Positions 1 to 12,285 of a stretch of 64,000 bases of DNA are shown here, in pieces; positions within the stretch are counted from its first letter, which is position 1; each line of letters starts with the position of its first letter. Location of the stretch: positions 74,276,001-74,340,000 of the forward strand of contig CM052823.1 in assembly GCA_028534125.1 (NCBI GenBank). Direction: 5' to 3'. The notes under the pieces were generated by a model, which saw only the letters and a program-made list of their open reading frames with translations, made no database searches and was not told the DNA's origin. The translations under genes and the position numbers were made by a program. This stretch comes from Lama glama. Taxonomy: Eukaryota.

Positions 1-643
1 CAGTTTGGACAGATAACCAGAGATCTTACACTATGACACGTCTATGAGTGGGAGAGACAGATGAGAGGAGAGAGCTTAGGAGACAGTCTGCAGTGAGAGA
101 GTTCTGTCGGTGAAGGAACACCATGAGCTCCAAGAAGCTCATTTCTTCTCATCTTCTCTACTACACTAAAAGACTTCAGAAGAATTCAGCCAAAGTAACA
201 AGAACCTCTATATGCGGAGGATGTGTAGTCCTTTCTACCAGAAAAGCTGATGGTTTTAAGGAAAACACTAAATTAAAAATATAATTTTACAAGCCATGTA
301 TTTCTCAAAATATTAGCTACATAGAAATTTTTTTAAAAAATTGTACAACAGATTGCTACTCCTCCCATCACATGGAACTAGACAGCCCCTGTGTTGAGTT
401 CTGTCTCTCAAAATATACTTAAGTCTACATAAAACCTGTTTACATCCTGATGTTTAGCTGTTTTTCAGTAAAAGTTTGCTGAACAAATGAAGTAATAGGA
501 TTAGTTTCCAACCATAGTCCTTTTCTCCCAAGAACAAGTTGTTCACAAAGAAGTGATTTTTTTCAACTTTTTGCAAAGGGAGACCTGAATCTCTTGGAAA
601 ATCTGAATAAGCTCATGCGTCTTCTCACAAAAACTGCATATAC

Positions 644-838
644 AGGGGCTGGGAGGAGGGTGCCAACAGAGGGAAAGTGCTTAATGTGTAAGAGATTTTA
701 TTTTGGGTGATGGAAATGTTTTGGAACTAGATAGAAGAGGTGTTTGCATTACATTGTGAATGTACTGAATTGTTCATTTTAAAATGGTTAATTTCTAGAT
801 TGTGAATTTCACCTCAGTAAATTATTTAAATAAATAAT
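644..838 (+). mobile_element. Old L1 (L1MB-like) 3' end
   Basis: Resembles the L1M 3' UTR (ggtgatggaaatgttttggaactagatag...gtgaatttcacctcagtaa). CTGCATATAC is repeated on both flanks (about 634-643 and 866-875) as a TSD. Confidence 0.7.
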
Positions 839-1587
839 GAAATGCACCCCGCCCCCCCAAAAAAGCTGCATATACTGACACCCTATAGAAAATCACACCC
901 ACAATTTCAGAGGACTCATCACCTCCTGGGGGCCTAGTCGTGGACTGCCTTAGGAGATGCGAGGTGAAGAATCTCTGTAACTAGCCAAACTTACAACATG
1001 TGAGCATCTACTCTGCTAACACGGTCAAGTACAAAGCTACACAGTTGTGCGTGACTAACAAGAGAGCCACTCAGAATCCAGACAATAGCAAACTTATTCG
1101 AGTTCATCTGCTAAATTACCCAGTTATCTGTACCTTACTACTCTTCTCCAGGATTTGCTTTATGTTTGTCAACTGCTGAGCGGGGTGGAACAGGAAAAGG
1201 TTTATCTGAAAGGGAAATATTTTGCTCCTCTTCAATAACTTTTACAAAGAAAAAGAGGGCAAAGGGCAAAATGCAGTATGTATGTATGGTTACCAGTTAT
1301 TGTAAGAAAATCTAAATCAACCATCTCTGGGGAGAACACACCCATGCATTTTTCCGATTATAGGCAGGCATCTCCCCAGCTCCTGGTTGATCTTTACAGC
1401 ACCTCTCCTAGCAGGAATCTCAGTTTGGATTCTGAGGTAATACAGACTGACCTTTGGAGTTCGGGGTTTTTGAGCATGACCCACCCATTCTCCACGTATG
1501 GCGCCTACAATAAATGCTGCACTTCCCTTCACCACAAAAAAAAAAAGATCGACCTTTTATTTAAAAAACTGCTAATAAATTTATACT

Positions 1588-1770
1588 TTATAGCACAGGG
1601 AACTATATTCAATATTTGTAGTAACTTATAGTTTAAAACAATATGAAAATGAATATATGCTTGTTCCTATATGGCTGAAGTATTGTGCTGTACACCAGAA
1701 ATTGACAACACTGTAAACTGACTGTACCTTCAATAAAAATATATTAAAAAAAAAAGAAATTAAAAAATAA
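1588..1770 (+). mobile_element. 5'-truncated cetartiodactyl-type L1 3' end
   Basis: tatagcacagggaactatattcaata...gctgtacaccagaaattgaca...cttcaataaaaa plus an A-rich tail. The same motif recurs about 10 times in the window. Confidence 0.8.
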
Positions 1771-3368
1771 AGGCTCCCTCCCCCCAAAAAACAACAGCTC
1801 ATAGCAAACTGACAGCACAAAAGAGATACCAGAAGAAACATTCCCAGAAACAAAAGACTGCAGGTACTCTGGAATCACCACTTTGCAAAGCAGTTATGCA
1901 ATTATATGTAGAAGCTAACATCAATGCTCTGCTCTGCTAAAAAAAAAAAAAAAAAACTCACAGAGTATAACAGTGGAAAAGACCTTAATCAACACCTTCA
2001 ATTTATGGTTCAGGAGTCTGAAGCCAACTCAGCACAGAATTAAGATTTAGTTCTGTGTTCTAGTCTAGGATTCTTCTATTGAGGGAGCTGGGGAGGAGAG
2101 AAGGAGAATGGAGTGGGCACAGGAGTCTTGAACAGATGAAGAACTGCTCCCAGCCCTCCCCTGTGTAATGGTGCCTAAGTCAGCAGAGAATGGGGAGAAC
2201 TCAACCCTGCATGGAAAAGCCCCCAGGCTTCACCCCTCCCATCATGCAAGCCTCCTTTCTCTCCACAGCCAACTTTCATGCTGCTACCCAAACACAGCCA
2301 AGGTTAACAAAACCATAGCTCAAATTCCATTTGTTTCAATATTATATAAAGTAGAGTTTTCAATAATTTGTCACAGCTCCTGTCTTTCCCCATTCCTATA
2401 TATCCTTCGCACTGATCAAATTCACAATATTTCTCTATATAAAAAGAATAAAAAGCCAGATAGGAAAATAAATCTAATAAAAACATATACAAAAGTAAAA
2501 TAAAATGAAATGGTATACAAACAATTATTATTGCCAGTCATGCCATCTAATATAGCTCTACCTAAATCATGGAAACATTTAGGGTCAGCTGTATAAATAA
2601 GAAATAACAATCAGGGTGACTTTTCAGTGTGGTAGGATTTTCCATACCCTCACATCTTATTTTTCTTCTCTTTTTTCCCTGGGTTACATAAACTCTGAAA
2701 TTACATTAAGAAAAATGATCTCTGAAATTTTATTCATTCAAATGATTACCTGGGGCTTTGAAGCACAAGCAAACCCATCACCTGACTTACCCTCAGCCCA
2801 CAACATTTTATTCCCTTTGGGGGCAAAGATAACAGAAACAGCGAAATATGCTCAAGTTTCATATCTAACTAACTTTCGATCAGACTCTCTTCCCTATTTT
2901 ATTTATTATACTATTCTCAAAATCAACTCTTCTCTCAAGAATCATTTCTAGACAATCTTTATTGACAGGTTAATAACCAAACTCTGGGAGACCCAAGAAG
3001 GGCTTTCTACTGGTTAAACTCCCAGGACAGCCTCTCAAGTCCAGGCTGGCTCCCAGACCACTCATTTCTTTCTGTCTGAATTGTCCTAGGACACACGAGC
3101 AATATGCATAAGATAAATACTTTACAAGTAAAGAACTAGCAACGTGAGAACCGAGAAGGTGTTAACCAACCCGACAAGAGGAAAGATTTCCAAAATTCTG
3201 CCTTCTGGGGATATTCACAGATAAACCTCTCTGGGCTTTTACATTTACTCATACTTAAACACCTATTGCAAACCCACAATTTCCACATGACGAACCACAA
3301 AATGTCAGTTATAAAAAATAACCAGTTTTACTTGTTTATAAGAGTGGCTCATGTGAAATCATCCCAAC

Positions 3369-3569
3369 CTGTTCTTTAAGTGCAGTAACTGTGGCATCCA
3401 GCTTCCTTTGTAAGGACGACACCTGCTCTTCGTATTTCTTCGTGAGGCCTGTAACGATGCTCTCGTGCTGCTCTCTGGCACGCTGAAGTGACTCCGAATG
3501 CCGGAGGTCCAGCAGCTGCTGCTTCAGGCTGTCCAGGGCCATTTCGGTTGTTCTGCACTTCTTCACCAT
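3369..3569 (-). CDS. CEP152: CEP152 coding exon 9 (201 nt, coiled-coil region)
   Basis: ctag|ATGGTG...GAACAG|gttggg. Encodes [67 protein letters not shown], matching mammalian CEP152. The next canonical exon is not in the window. Confidence 0.96.
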
Positions 3570-4005
3570 CTAGTGAATGCACACAAAATGCTGATGTTTA
3601 CAGGACTCTGAGTTTTGACTCTAAAAACCAACCATGCTTAAATAGGAGTAAAGAAAAGGTCTCCCCATCAGGGCTCTAGTTCCTCAAGATTTCCCTAGCT
3701 GGGACCTACAAGGCCCATGGTTGCTGGAAACACTTCACGGAGAAAAAAGTCTGTAGTTATTCAAGGAGAGTGCAAGACGATTTTGTGCAACGTGATGGCA
3801 CTGTGGGTACCACAGTGTGGGTACCAGGCTAGGAACCCGCTGCTACTACACCAGTCCCAGTGCTGTTTGCATCGTTCTCTGGAAATCCAATTGTTAGGTC
3901 ATAGGAAAATGACAACTGTTTCGTTAAAGACTGATGAAACCTGTGAATAGTCATTTACTAAAAACAGTTTTGAAAGCTATAACGGTAGTCGTTGCAAAGT
4001 AACAG

Positions 4006-4484
4006 TGTGGTAGGTTAAATAATGGCTCCCAAAAGACACCCACGTCCCAATCCCCGAAACCCGTGAATCTGTTGTGTTATGTGTCAAGGGAAAAGTAATG
4101 TTGTGACCAAATTAAAGTTGCTAATCAGATGACCTTAAAATAAGGAGATTATCCTGGATTACCAAGCAGACCCAATCCAGAAGGGTCCTTAAATGAGGAA
4201 AAGTGAGGCAGAAAAGTCAGAACCAATGACTCCCGGCCCTGAAGATGGAAATGGGCCATTGCCAAGGAACACAAGTAGTCTCTACAAGAAGCTAGAAAAG
4301 GCAAAAAAAATGGGTCCTCCCCTGGAGCCTCTGACAAGCAATGCAGCCCTGTGGACACCTTGATCTTAGCCCAGCGAGATCCATGTCAGACTTCGGACCT
4401 CTACCTGTACTGCAATGACTTTGTGCCATTTTAAGCCATTAAATTTGTGGTAATTTGTTACAGCAGCAACAGGAAACTACTATA
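4006..4484 (+). mobile_element. MaLR solo LTR (MLT1C/D-like)
   Basis: Starts tgtggtaggttaaataatggctccc, has internal ggagattatcctggatta, and ends ttttaagccattaaatttgtggtaatttgttacagcagcaacaggaaacta, typical of MLT1. Confidence 0.85.
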
Positions 4485-5594
4485 TGTGGTGATTCTGTTG
4501 CTTTTATTTTTTCATTTATGCTACTTTATTTTTTATAAATGCAACTTCTAACTGATAAAAAGATTACAAAGTTGTAACTTTTCACCACAGAAAAGCAATT
4601 CAACCCTGTAATAACTATTATCATTTTTAACTTTTTGGAAAATAATAATCTATTCCACACAAAAAATAAAATTTCAAACAAGGCCTATTCTTCATTCTAT
4701 TCCAGAGATTGCCTATTTCTCCCAACACTGCTTTAACTGCCTAAGACATGCATCCATTTGCTCAATAATGTGGACACTGTGTGTACTTCAGGACAGGACG
4801 ACAAGCCGGCCGAGGTTTGAAGTCCTATCGCTTTCTGGTGAGAAGAGACAGACAATAACAAGTAAACAAATGAGATGATTTCAGATGGTTTTGAAACAGA
4901 GTGATCAAACGCAGCTGATGAAGGGGAGTGGGAATGTGACGCTATCGGCTACTTTAGATGGGAGGTGGATGGGAAGTCCTCTCTGAAAAAGATCCGAAGG
5001 ATGAGAAGGAACCAGACATGAGACAACATTGCTTAAACTCTTCCATTTAACCGTCTTCAGAACAGGCCACAAACCTCACCTAAAACCGAGTCACCTTCAT
5101 TGTTAACTACCTTCCTTTCCTCCAACATGGTATTATTTTCATGAACCACCCACCACCCAGCTGGGCTACCAGTGACTATGGGACTATTTCCCGGAATCAA
5201 GCGGCTGCCTGTTTCCTTAATCAAAGAATGTGCCACCACTTTAAAGACAAGTCTACTGGGGTCAGAAAATTGAGGTCCTGATGCTTTGTCAGTAACTGGC
5301 TCTGTAACCCTGGGCAAGTTAATTTAGCCTCTCCAAGACTTGGTTAACTCATCTATAAAATGGTAAGCACAATGCCTGAATAATCAAAATCCCAACAAGC
5401 TTTTTTTTTTTTTTAACAAAGCACATAAGTTGATTTGCAAGATCTAGAAGGGAAAACGTGAAAAAGTGCTGTAACATTTTTTTAAAGAATAGTAAGGGTA
5501 GCCCTTATTTACCAAATTTCAAAACACAACATAAGCTATAGTTGTGATAGTATCAAAGCAGGAATACAGAAATATATACAAAAAAAGAAAAATA

Positions 5595-6260
5595 CAGACC
5601 ACCTATTATGTGCCAGGCACTGGGCTTACATGGTAGGGCTAAGATGAGGGCAACCCGTTCTTGCCTTCAAGATGTTCCCAGTCTGTTATAGCAGATGTGA
5701 TCGTCTGGCTTGGGGAGGAAAGCAGGGAGACGCAGGAAAAGCAAACCCTTGAGCAGGGGCTTGTTAGTCAAATAGCAGTGTGTTGTGGAAAGGGCATTCC
5801 AGAGAGAGGAGACAGTACATAAACGTACATAAAAACAACAAGTAAGCTGTTGAGGTTGAGGAGAGTAAGAGAAGAGAAAGGCAGGGATCAGATGGTCATC
5901 TTGATGCCATACTTTGCCCCGTAAGTAAAGCAGGGTCACTGAAAAGCTTAAAGCAAGGGAAAGACATAATTAGAGCTGTACTTTAGAAAGATTACTCAGA
6001 CGGCCATAAAAGAGAATTAGGAGAAGGGGTAAGAAGATTAGAGACTAGTTAAGAGACTTCTGAAAAATATAGTACAATCCTGAATTAGGGCCATGTGGAC
6101 CGAAATGAGGAGACTCAACAGAACACAGCAGCGACTGGATGACGAGGAACAGAGGAGGTGAGGTCTCCTCCAGATTTCTGGTGTACAGATGACTATGTAG
6201 ATGGGAGACCCACTCCTCCAAGGAAAGGGAGAGAAATGTAGGCTTATGGGAGAAGAAGGT
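5595..6260 (-). mobile_element. L2 LINE remnant
   Basis: acctattatgtgccaggcactggg start followed by a purine-rich antisense L2-like body. Boundaries are approximate. Confidence 0.6.
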
Positions 6261-6363
6261 GTTCTAAGTTCTTCTAAATTTAGTCCCACAACACCAAACG
6301 TTAAGGAACTAACTTTTCATTGTAAAAAATAACTTTTTATCATCAATAAGGCCAAATATTTAC

Positions 6364-6503
6364 CTGCTCTTCATTAACTTTTAATGCTTGTATTTGGGTC
6401 TCCAATGCTTTTATTTGTGCTTCAAGCTGTATTTCTCTTTCTTTTCCATTCTGAAAGAGTTTCTGTGATTCTCGAAGGCTGAGGGTCAAACCATCCTTTT
6501 CAT
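6364..6503 (-). CDS. CEP152: CEP152 coding exon 8 (140 nt)
   Basis: ttctag|ATGAAAAG...GAGCAG|gtaaat. Encodes (D)[46 protein letters not shown], phase 1 to 0. Confidence 0.96.
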
Positions 6504-6735
6504 CTAGAATATTAAACAAATTTATATAAATAATACATTACTGTAGAGGGACCCTGTCACAATCTCTATCAAATATCAGATCTACATCACACATAAATGT
6601 TGTCACATTCAATTCCATTCAGATAATGAACTTCACTTGATTTGGAGAAAATTAGAAAAGTTCCAAAAAAGAATGTGTGAGTAACACCAGAAAAATTTTA
6701 GAGAACCAGAACCACTCCCTTCAAAAATCGTATTG

Positions 6736-7258
6736 TATGGAATACTACTCGGTCATAAAAAAAAGAACAAAATAATGCCCTTTGCTGAAACGTGGGTGGA
6801 CCTGGAGATCGTCATTCTAAATGAAGTAAGCCAGAAAGAGAAAGAAAAATACCATATGATATCACTTATATGTGGAATCTAAAAAAAAAAAAGACACAAA
6901 TGAACTTATTTACAAAACAGGAACAGACTCACAGACACAGAAAAAAAACTTATGGTCACCGGGAGGGAAGAGAGTAGGAAGGAATAAATCGGGAGTTCAA
7001 GATTTGCAGACATTAACTACTGTATATAAAATAGATAAACAACAAGGTTATACTGTAGAGCACAGGGAACCATATTTAGTACCTTATAGCAACCTATAAT
7101 GAAAAAGAATATGAAAACGAATATATGTAAGTATATGTATGACTGAAACATTATGCTGTACACCAGAAATGGAGCCAACATTATAAACTGACTATACTTC
7201 AATTAAAAAAACTAATACAAATAAATTGAAAGAAAGAAAATTTCAATTAAGAAAAAAA
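6736..7258 (+). mobile_element. L1 3' end (end of ORF2 plus 3' UTR)
   Basis: tggaatactactc...aataatgccctttgc...gaagtaagccagaaagagaaagaaaaataccatatgatatcactt...cttcaattaaaaaaa. Confidence 0.88.
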
Positions 7259-8144
7259 TTTTTTTATCTTATTGCATGCCTTTGGGGACCAAAAGAACCC
7301 CTAACAATCATTTCAGCATTTGTTACTTGAGAAGCTACATAGCTGTGACAAACCCCTGCTAATCAAAGAAGGAGTCCGAGGACAAATTACTTTTTATATA
7401 TACCTGCAGTGAACTCTTAAATTCACCTAATCTTAAATTTTTCCCACATACTTTACTGTAACAGTTCACAAGCTCTTCTCTAATAACAAATTTTAGGACC
7501 ATTACAGAAAGAGACCTTTCCATTATCAATTAAGCTGGAAATGAGCTGGAGTTCAGTCACAAAATTGTTTTACAAATGAAATTTCAACATTAACCAAACC
7601 TACAGAAAGCACGAAGGGTAAGCAATCGTAACTTGAAATCTGTGTTTACTCAGTGTGCTGCTCCCGGAGATGGCTGCGTTTTCCCCCTGGCACACCTACC
7701 GCAGTTCAGGGTCACTAACTTCTACTTGGATTAAAACACTGTGCTAATTTGTAAGCTCAGAAAACGGATTGCCAACTAAACACAAGTCTCTCTGGGAATT
7801 GGAATAGTTCGTCCAAGGTAAATTCCATAAGGAATCAACAACTTTTTAGAACAGAATGCTATCAGCATTTTAAAATACTGTTCGTTGACTAACACTGTAA
7901 TAAAAAGAAGAGAAAGAAGAAAAGGGAGAAAATGAGGACCTGAAATAGTATGTTCTGAAGAGAAATCCAAGGCAAGGTGTCCAATGCCTTGGGTTTTTGT
8001 TTCATTCTTGGTTGATTCACTATGAGCCCTCTGCCCAAGCGCATCAACTCCCTAAGTCTCGTATCTAAAATGACGTTACTGGAAACAAGATATTGAGCTC
8101 TTGTGTACCTCATAATTGACAGCACCCAACAGTTACTAGCTTAC

Positions 8145-8285
8145 CTTGGATCATCAGAAGCTGGTGATTCAGATATCTAATTTGACGTTCACTTTCATTT
8201 AACTTTTCAACTAAATTGTCTAGTTGTCTCTCTTTTGCTTTGTTAAGAACCTGAAGTTGAATAATCTGCATATTTTCCACAGAGT
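8145..8285 (-). CDS. CEP152: CEP152 coding exon 7 (141 nt)
   Basis: aagcag|ACTCTGTG...ATCCAAG|gtaagc. Encodes (N)[46 protein letters not shown], phase 1 to 1. Confidence 0.96.
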
Positions 8286-8354
8286 CTGCTTTGGAATTAA
8301 AGACAATTTATTAGAGAAGAGCACATCAAAATATAAACTTGTGGTCATTTAGGG

Positions 8355-8866
8355 CAGTGTTTTTTAAACTGTGAACACAACTCATTAGAGTAGCATGAGA
8401 TCAATTCAGCGGACTGTGACTAGTGTATTTTAAAGAACAATGTTACTGAACCAAGACTTCGGTCTGCTCGCCCGCACGCAGTAAAGCCAAAGTACTCAGT
8501 TATGGTGAAGGAGAGTGCAGTGTTTATTGTACGGCACCATACAAAAAGTTGGGGCTTTTTGACTATTAGCTGTCCCGGACTCCTCACCTGGCACCTTAAA
8601 ATCAATGTGGCACTTTCCTTGGCCACAACCCAATGTAAGTAGATTAGCTTTACTGAGCGCTGGTGAGCAGACCCAGGTTTTGGTTTGGTAACAACAAGAT
8701 AGGATATAATAGAATATTTCACCATGCATCATGTAGTATAAATATTATTATGTAAAATGTCTGTTTCATTTCTGTATTTATATAGATAAGTATTGCAGAG
8801 AATATCACAAGGTAAAAAATGTACTTCTTACAACGGTCACTGCCAGAAAAATTGGAAAAGTCACTA
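8355..8866. mobile_element. Old non-autonomous hAT-Charlie-type DNA transposon (MER113-like), interrupted at 8441-8697
   Basis: The cagtgttttttaaactg...tggaaaagtcacta ends and the internal segments resemble the recalled consensus on both sides of the insertion. Confidence 0.55.
8441..8693. mobile_element. Insertion of two inverted ERV-LTR termini (TGTTAC...GTAACA) with ACAA target-site duplication
   Basis: The left 50 nt and the reverse complement of the right 50 nt match at 40/50. ACAA occurs at 8437-8440 and 8694-8697. The arms resemble a laurasiatherian ERV1 LTR end. Confidence 0.75.
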
Positions 8867-10022
8867 TTTAAGTGTTTAACCCTGAATCACTACCATTCTG
8901 GCTGATGAAAAATAAGCATATACCAATTACAATGGAAAAGAGCTCCATGCTCTCATAAAATTTTTTTTAAAAGTGCATCAACTTCTATAAAACCATTGTC
9001 AAAGAAAATTTCTAGATATCCTTCTCAAAATATTTTATTTTAAGCAGGAATGAACTGATATTTATACTGGTACATAACTGCTGAATTAATGAATTAATGA
9101 ATAGATTAGTAAAGAATTTTGAGGTCTTCTTTCAGAAACAAAGTCATTTTAAGGACCACTTAAAAAAATCATTGAGGGGAATAAAAGAAAAAAGTGATTC
9201 ACAGGAGAAGCATAATCCTTCAACTATACAATGACCAATATTTTTCATTTCCTACAAGAACAATGCTTCTACTTACTAATGAATAAAACAGTCCTCTTTT
9301 TTTAAAAGATATGGTTAAGCTCCAAAAAATGAAGACTGAAAACTTTATTACAAGTCAACTCTGCTTGGGCCTTAGAGTAGGGCTCACCCAGGAATAAACA
9401 GTGTACAAGCCACACCTCTCTTCAAACTTTTTTTAAACTACTGTTACTAAGAAGCTATAATCACTAAATTTGGCACAACCGTTAAGTTATTTAATTAACT
9501 TCCAAATATCAAATTTGGGCAAATGTGTAATAACTTGGACAAGGAAAAAATCAACTTGATAAAATACAGATCCTTAAGAAAGTGATGCAAGGTTATGTTT
9601 GCAAAAAGACCAGGAGATACAACGTAATAACACAGTAGAAATGAAATAACGCCAGGATGTCAGGCCACCATCGTGATGTTCATTTACTCAACCCCAAATC
9701 ACTTATGCCCCACACACGGCCCACTTCCTCATCTCTTCACTCCACAAAGACTTAGGAACAAAGAGAGGCTGTCCCCATATTTGCTGTTGAGTCTTCAGGG
9801 GAAAGTGAGTTTTGGTCTCCCCCATAGGCTTCCTGCAGCCTGAGTATAGGATGGAAGCAGGACTATGAAGTGAAGCCACTAAGTCCAGTTTCCTCCCTGG
9901 CATATCCCAGGAAACCCAGAATATCCAACAGGACTTTCCCTCCGCTTCTTAAAAATCAAACAAAGAAAAAACTTGCTGTCACACTCTAGAATCACACTGG
10001 CTCTTCAAGACACACAATAACT

Positions 10023-10250
10023 GGTGGGGGGGGGGGTGTAAATTAGGAGTTTGCAATTAGCAGATACAAACTACTATATACAAAATACATAATAAGGTCC
10101 TACAGTACAGCACAGGGAACTATATTCAATAGCTTGTAATAACCTGTAATGAAAAAGAATATGAAAAAATACATGTATAACTGAATCACTATGCTGTACA
10201 CCTGACACTAACACAACATTGTAAATCAACTGTATCTCAAATTAAAAAAT
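10023..10250 (+). mobile_element. Truncated L1 3' end with TSD
   Basis: L1 3' UTR motif. CACAATAACT is repeated at 10013-10022 and 10258-10267. Confidence 0.85.
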
Positions 10251-11064
10251 ATATATGCACAATAACTAGAAGCTATTTCATGTGCCAGAAAGTATGACAA
10301 TAAAAGTGGGACATATTAAAACACTGATTCAGATCAGTCAGGTACAAGTTTGGTTTTTGGTTTTGAATGTTTGGATCACCTCAAAATTCTCTAGCAGCAC
10401 TTTTCTCATTCATATTTATATATATATACTATATAAAAGGAATTTTTTTGGCAAGTGTCACATGACTAAACCTGAGATGTAAGTCCAGTTTTAACTCTGA
10501 GTATAAAGTAATTAACGTCATAGTTGCCTACTTATTCCACTAGAACCCTAAAAAACCAAAAGAAAAACTTAAGATAATGACTGACCTACTAAATTACATT
10601 TCTATACAGTCAAAAATCTAAGATTGAAAAGAAAACTATATTTCATTTTCCAAATTAGACTTCAGTTTAAAAAAAAAGCTAATAAAGTTTTAACCAACTA
10701 GAACGACTAAATATTCAGCTGAAAAAATTTAATACTTCAGGAAAATTTCAGATACATGAGAAGGTAGAAAGAAGAGTACAGTGAATCCCAGTAACCTGTC
10801 ACCTGGACTCAGCAACTGTCAACTCACGGCCAGTCCTGCTTTGTCTATATCCTCACCCAACATCAGCCCCCAACAACATGATATTTGATGTAAATTCTAG
10901 ACTTCTTTTCAGTTTATTTATAAATACTTCAAGTCATAGCTCTCAAAATAGGATTCCAAAAAAAAAATTCCATTATACTTAAAAAACAAATTATTGAACA
11001 TGTTCCATGTGCTCAAAATTCTCCAATTATGTTATTAAGAAATAAACATAGACTTAATACATAC

Positions 11065-11230
11065 TTTCATTAGCTCCTAAAAACTGTTGTTGCAGGTCTT
11101 CAAACGTGTCACTTCCTGCAACGTCCTGAGCTGGCAAGCCATTATTCTGGGCAGAAGACTGATAAGGTTTATATGTTACTTTATACGATTCCAAAGGTTG
11201 ACAACTGGGACCTTGTGACGTACCAAATTG
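11065..11230 (-). CDS. CEP152: CEP152 coding exon 6 (166 nt using the upstream in-frame acceptor)
   Basis: taatag|CAATTTGGTACGTCACAAGGTCCC...AATGAAA|gtatgt. Encodes [55 protein letters not shown]. The 5' boundary is inferred from frame. Confidence 0.88.
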
Positions 11231-12285
11231 CTATTACAAGATGATAAATGAAATTGGCAATTAGGATTTGGCCTTTTCTTCAAAAATTATCTGAACTAAA
11301 CAACTTAATTTTGCTATAGAACTTAACTGTGGTACAATTACAAATTTTATACACACATCTTTCCTTAAAAACAGTACTGATTGTTATTTACCACTGTTCA
11401 TTGAAAGTCTGCAATATATAATTTCACAAAACTTAACTGAACTTTTGAGCATATAATGGGGCCAATTCCATACATAACACTCAAGAATTGCAATAAGATC
11501 GTATATAAATATTTAAGAATGATTTAGATGATACCAATATCATAGAAACATAAAAATGCACAGATGTAGTAACAAGAACATGTGATACTCGCCTCATGTG
11601 GAATAAATATTCAGTAACTTTTGTGGAAAGAATAACATTTTACAGAGCTGGTAGTAAAAGAAAATGACCACCATCGTGTCACTCGGTGACACAGAATAGC
11701 TATGGGCAAAAAGAGGCATTCATTGTCACTGAGAAAGTCAAAGAAGCAGCGAACTGTATGCTAAGGTCTTACTTCAGTAAACTCTTCCCGGGGGAGGGGG
11801 GGGACGACGGGGGGTGGTTCTTTCCTCAACATTCATCCTGTCTACTACTATATCATCACAAAAGAGAGATCAGCTTTGACGTATTTGACCTTAAATTTGT
11901 GATGAGGGCAGTGAGCTAGACAATCAAGGTAACTGAATGGTGTCATCTAGGTGATAACACTGCTTTCAAACTGTATCCGGATACCTGAAAGCAGCTTCTC
12001 ACCGGAGTACAGAGAATGGAAGAAGCCAGAAGCAGCAGTAAGATGGCTACTCTTTGGCAGTCTTAACTTTTAATGTTTAGTTAACTGTTCCCACCAAGTT
12101 TCTATTTTAAAATTCTCATTTAAGATGATTTAATTAGCTCAACAGAAAACAGCATGACTAATTTAGCACGAGCCTGAATAAATGCATTCTCTGAAATGTC
12201 TGTACTTAAATCTGACCATTGCACATACATACATTTCTTAAACACACACAGACACAAATTCTTGAAAGTCAAGTTCTTACAATAC

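Noticed and set aside
6872-7202. ORFs with similar translations recurring at 1626, 16267 and 24673
   Set aside because: They are translations of repeated L1 3' UTR copies, not a gene family.
11790-11817. G-run cluster (possible G-quadruplex)
   Set aside because: It is an isolated intronic G tract with no supporting context.
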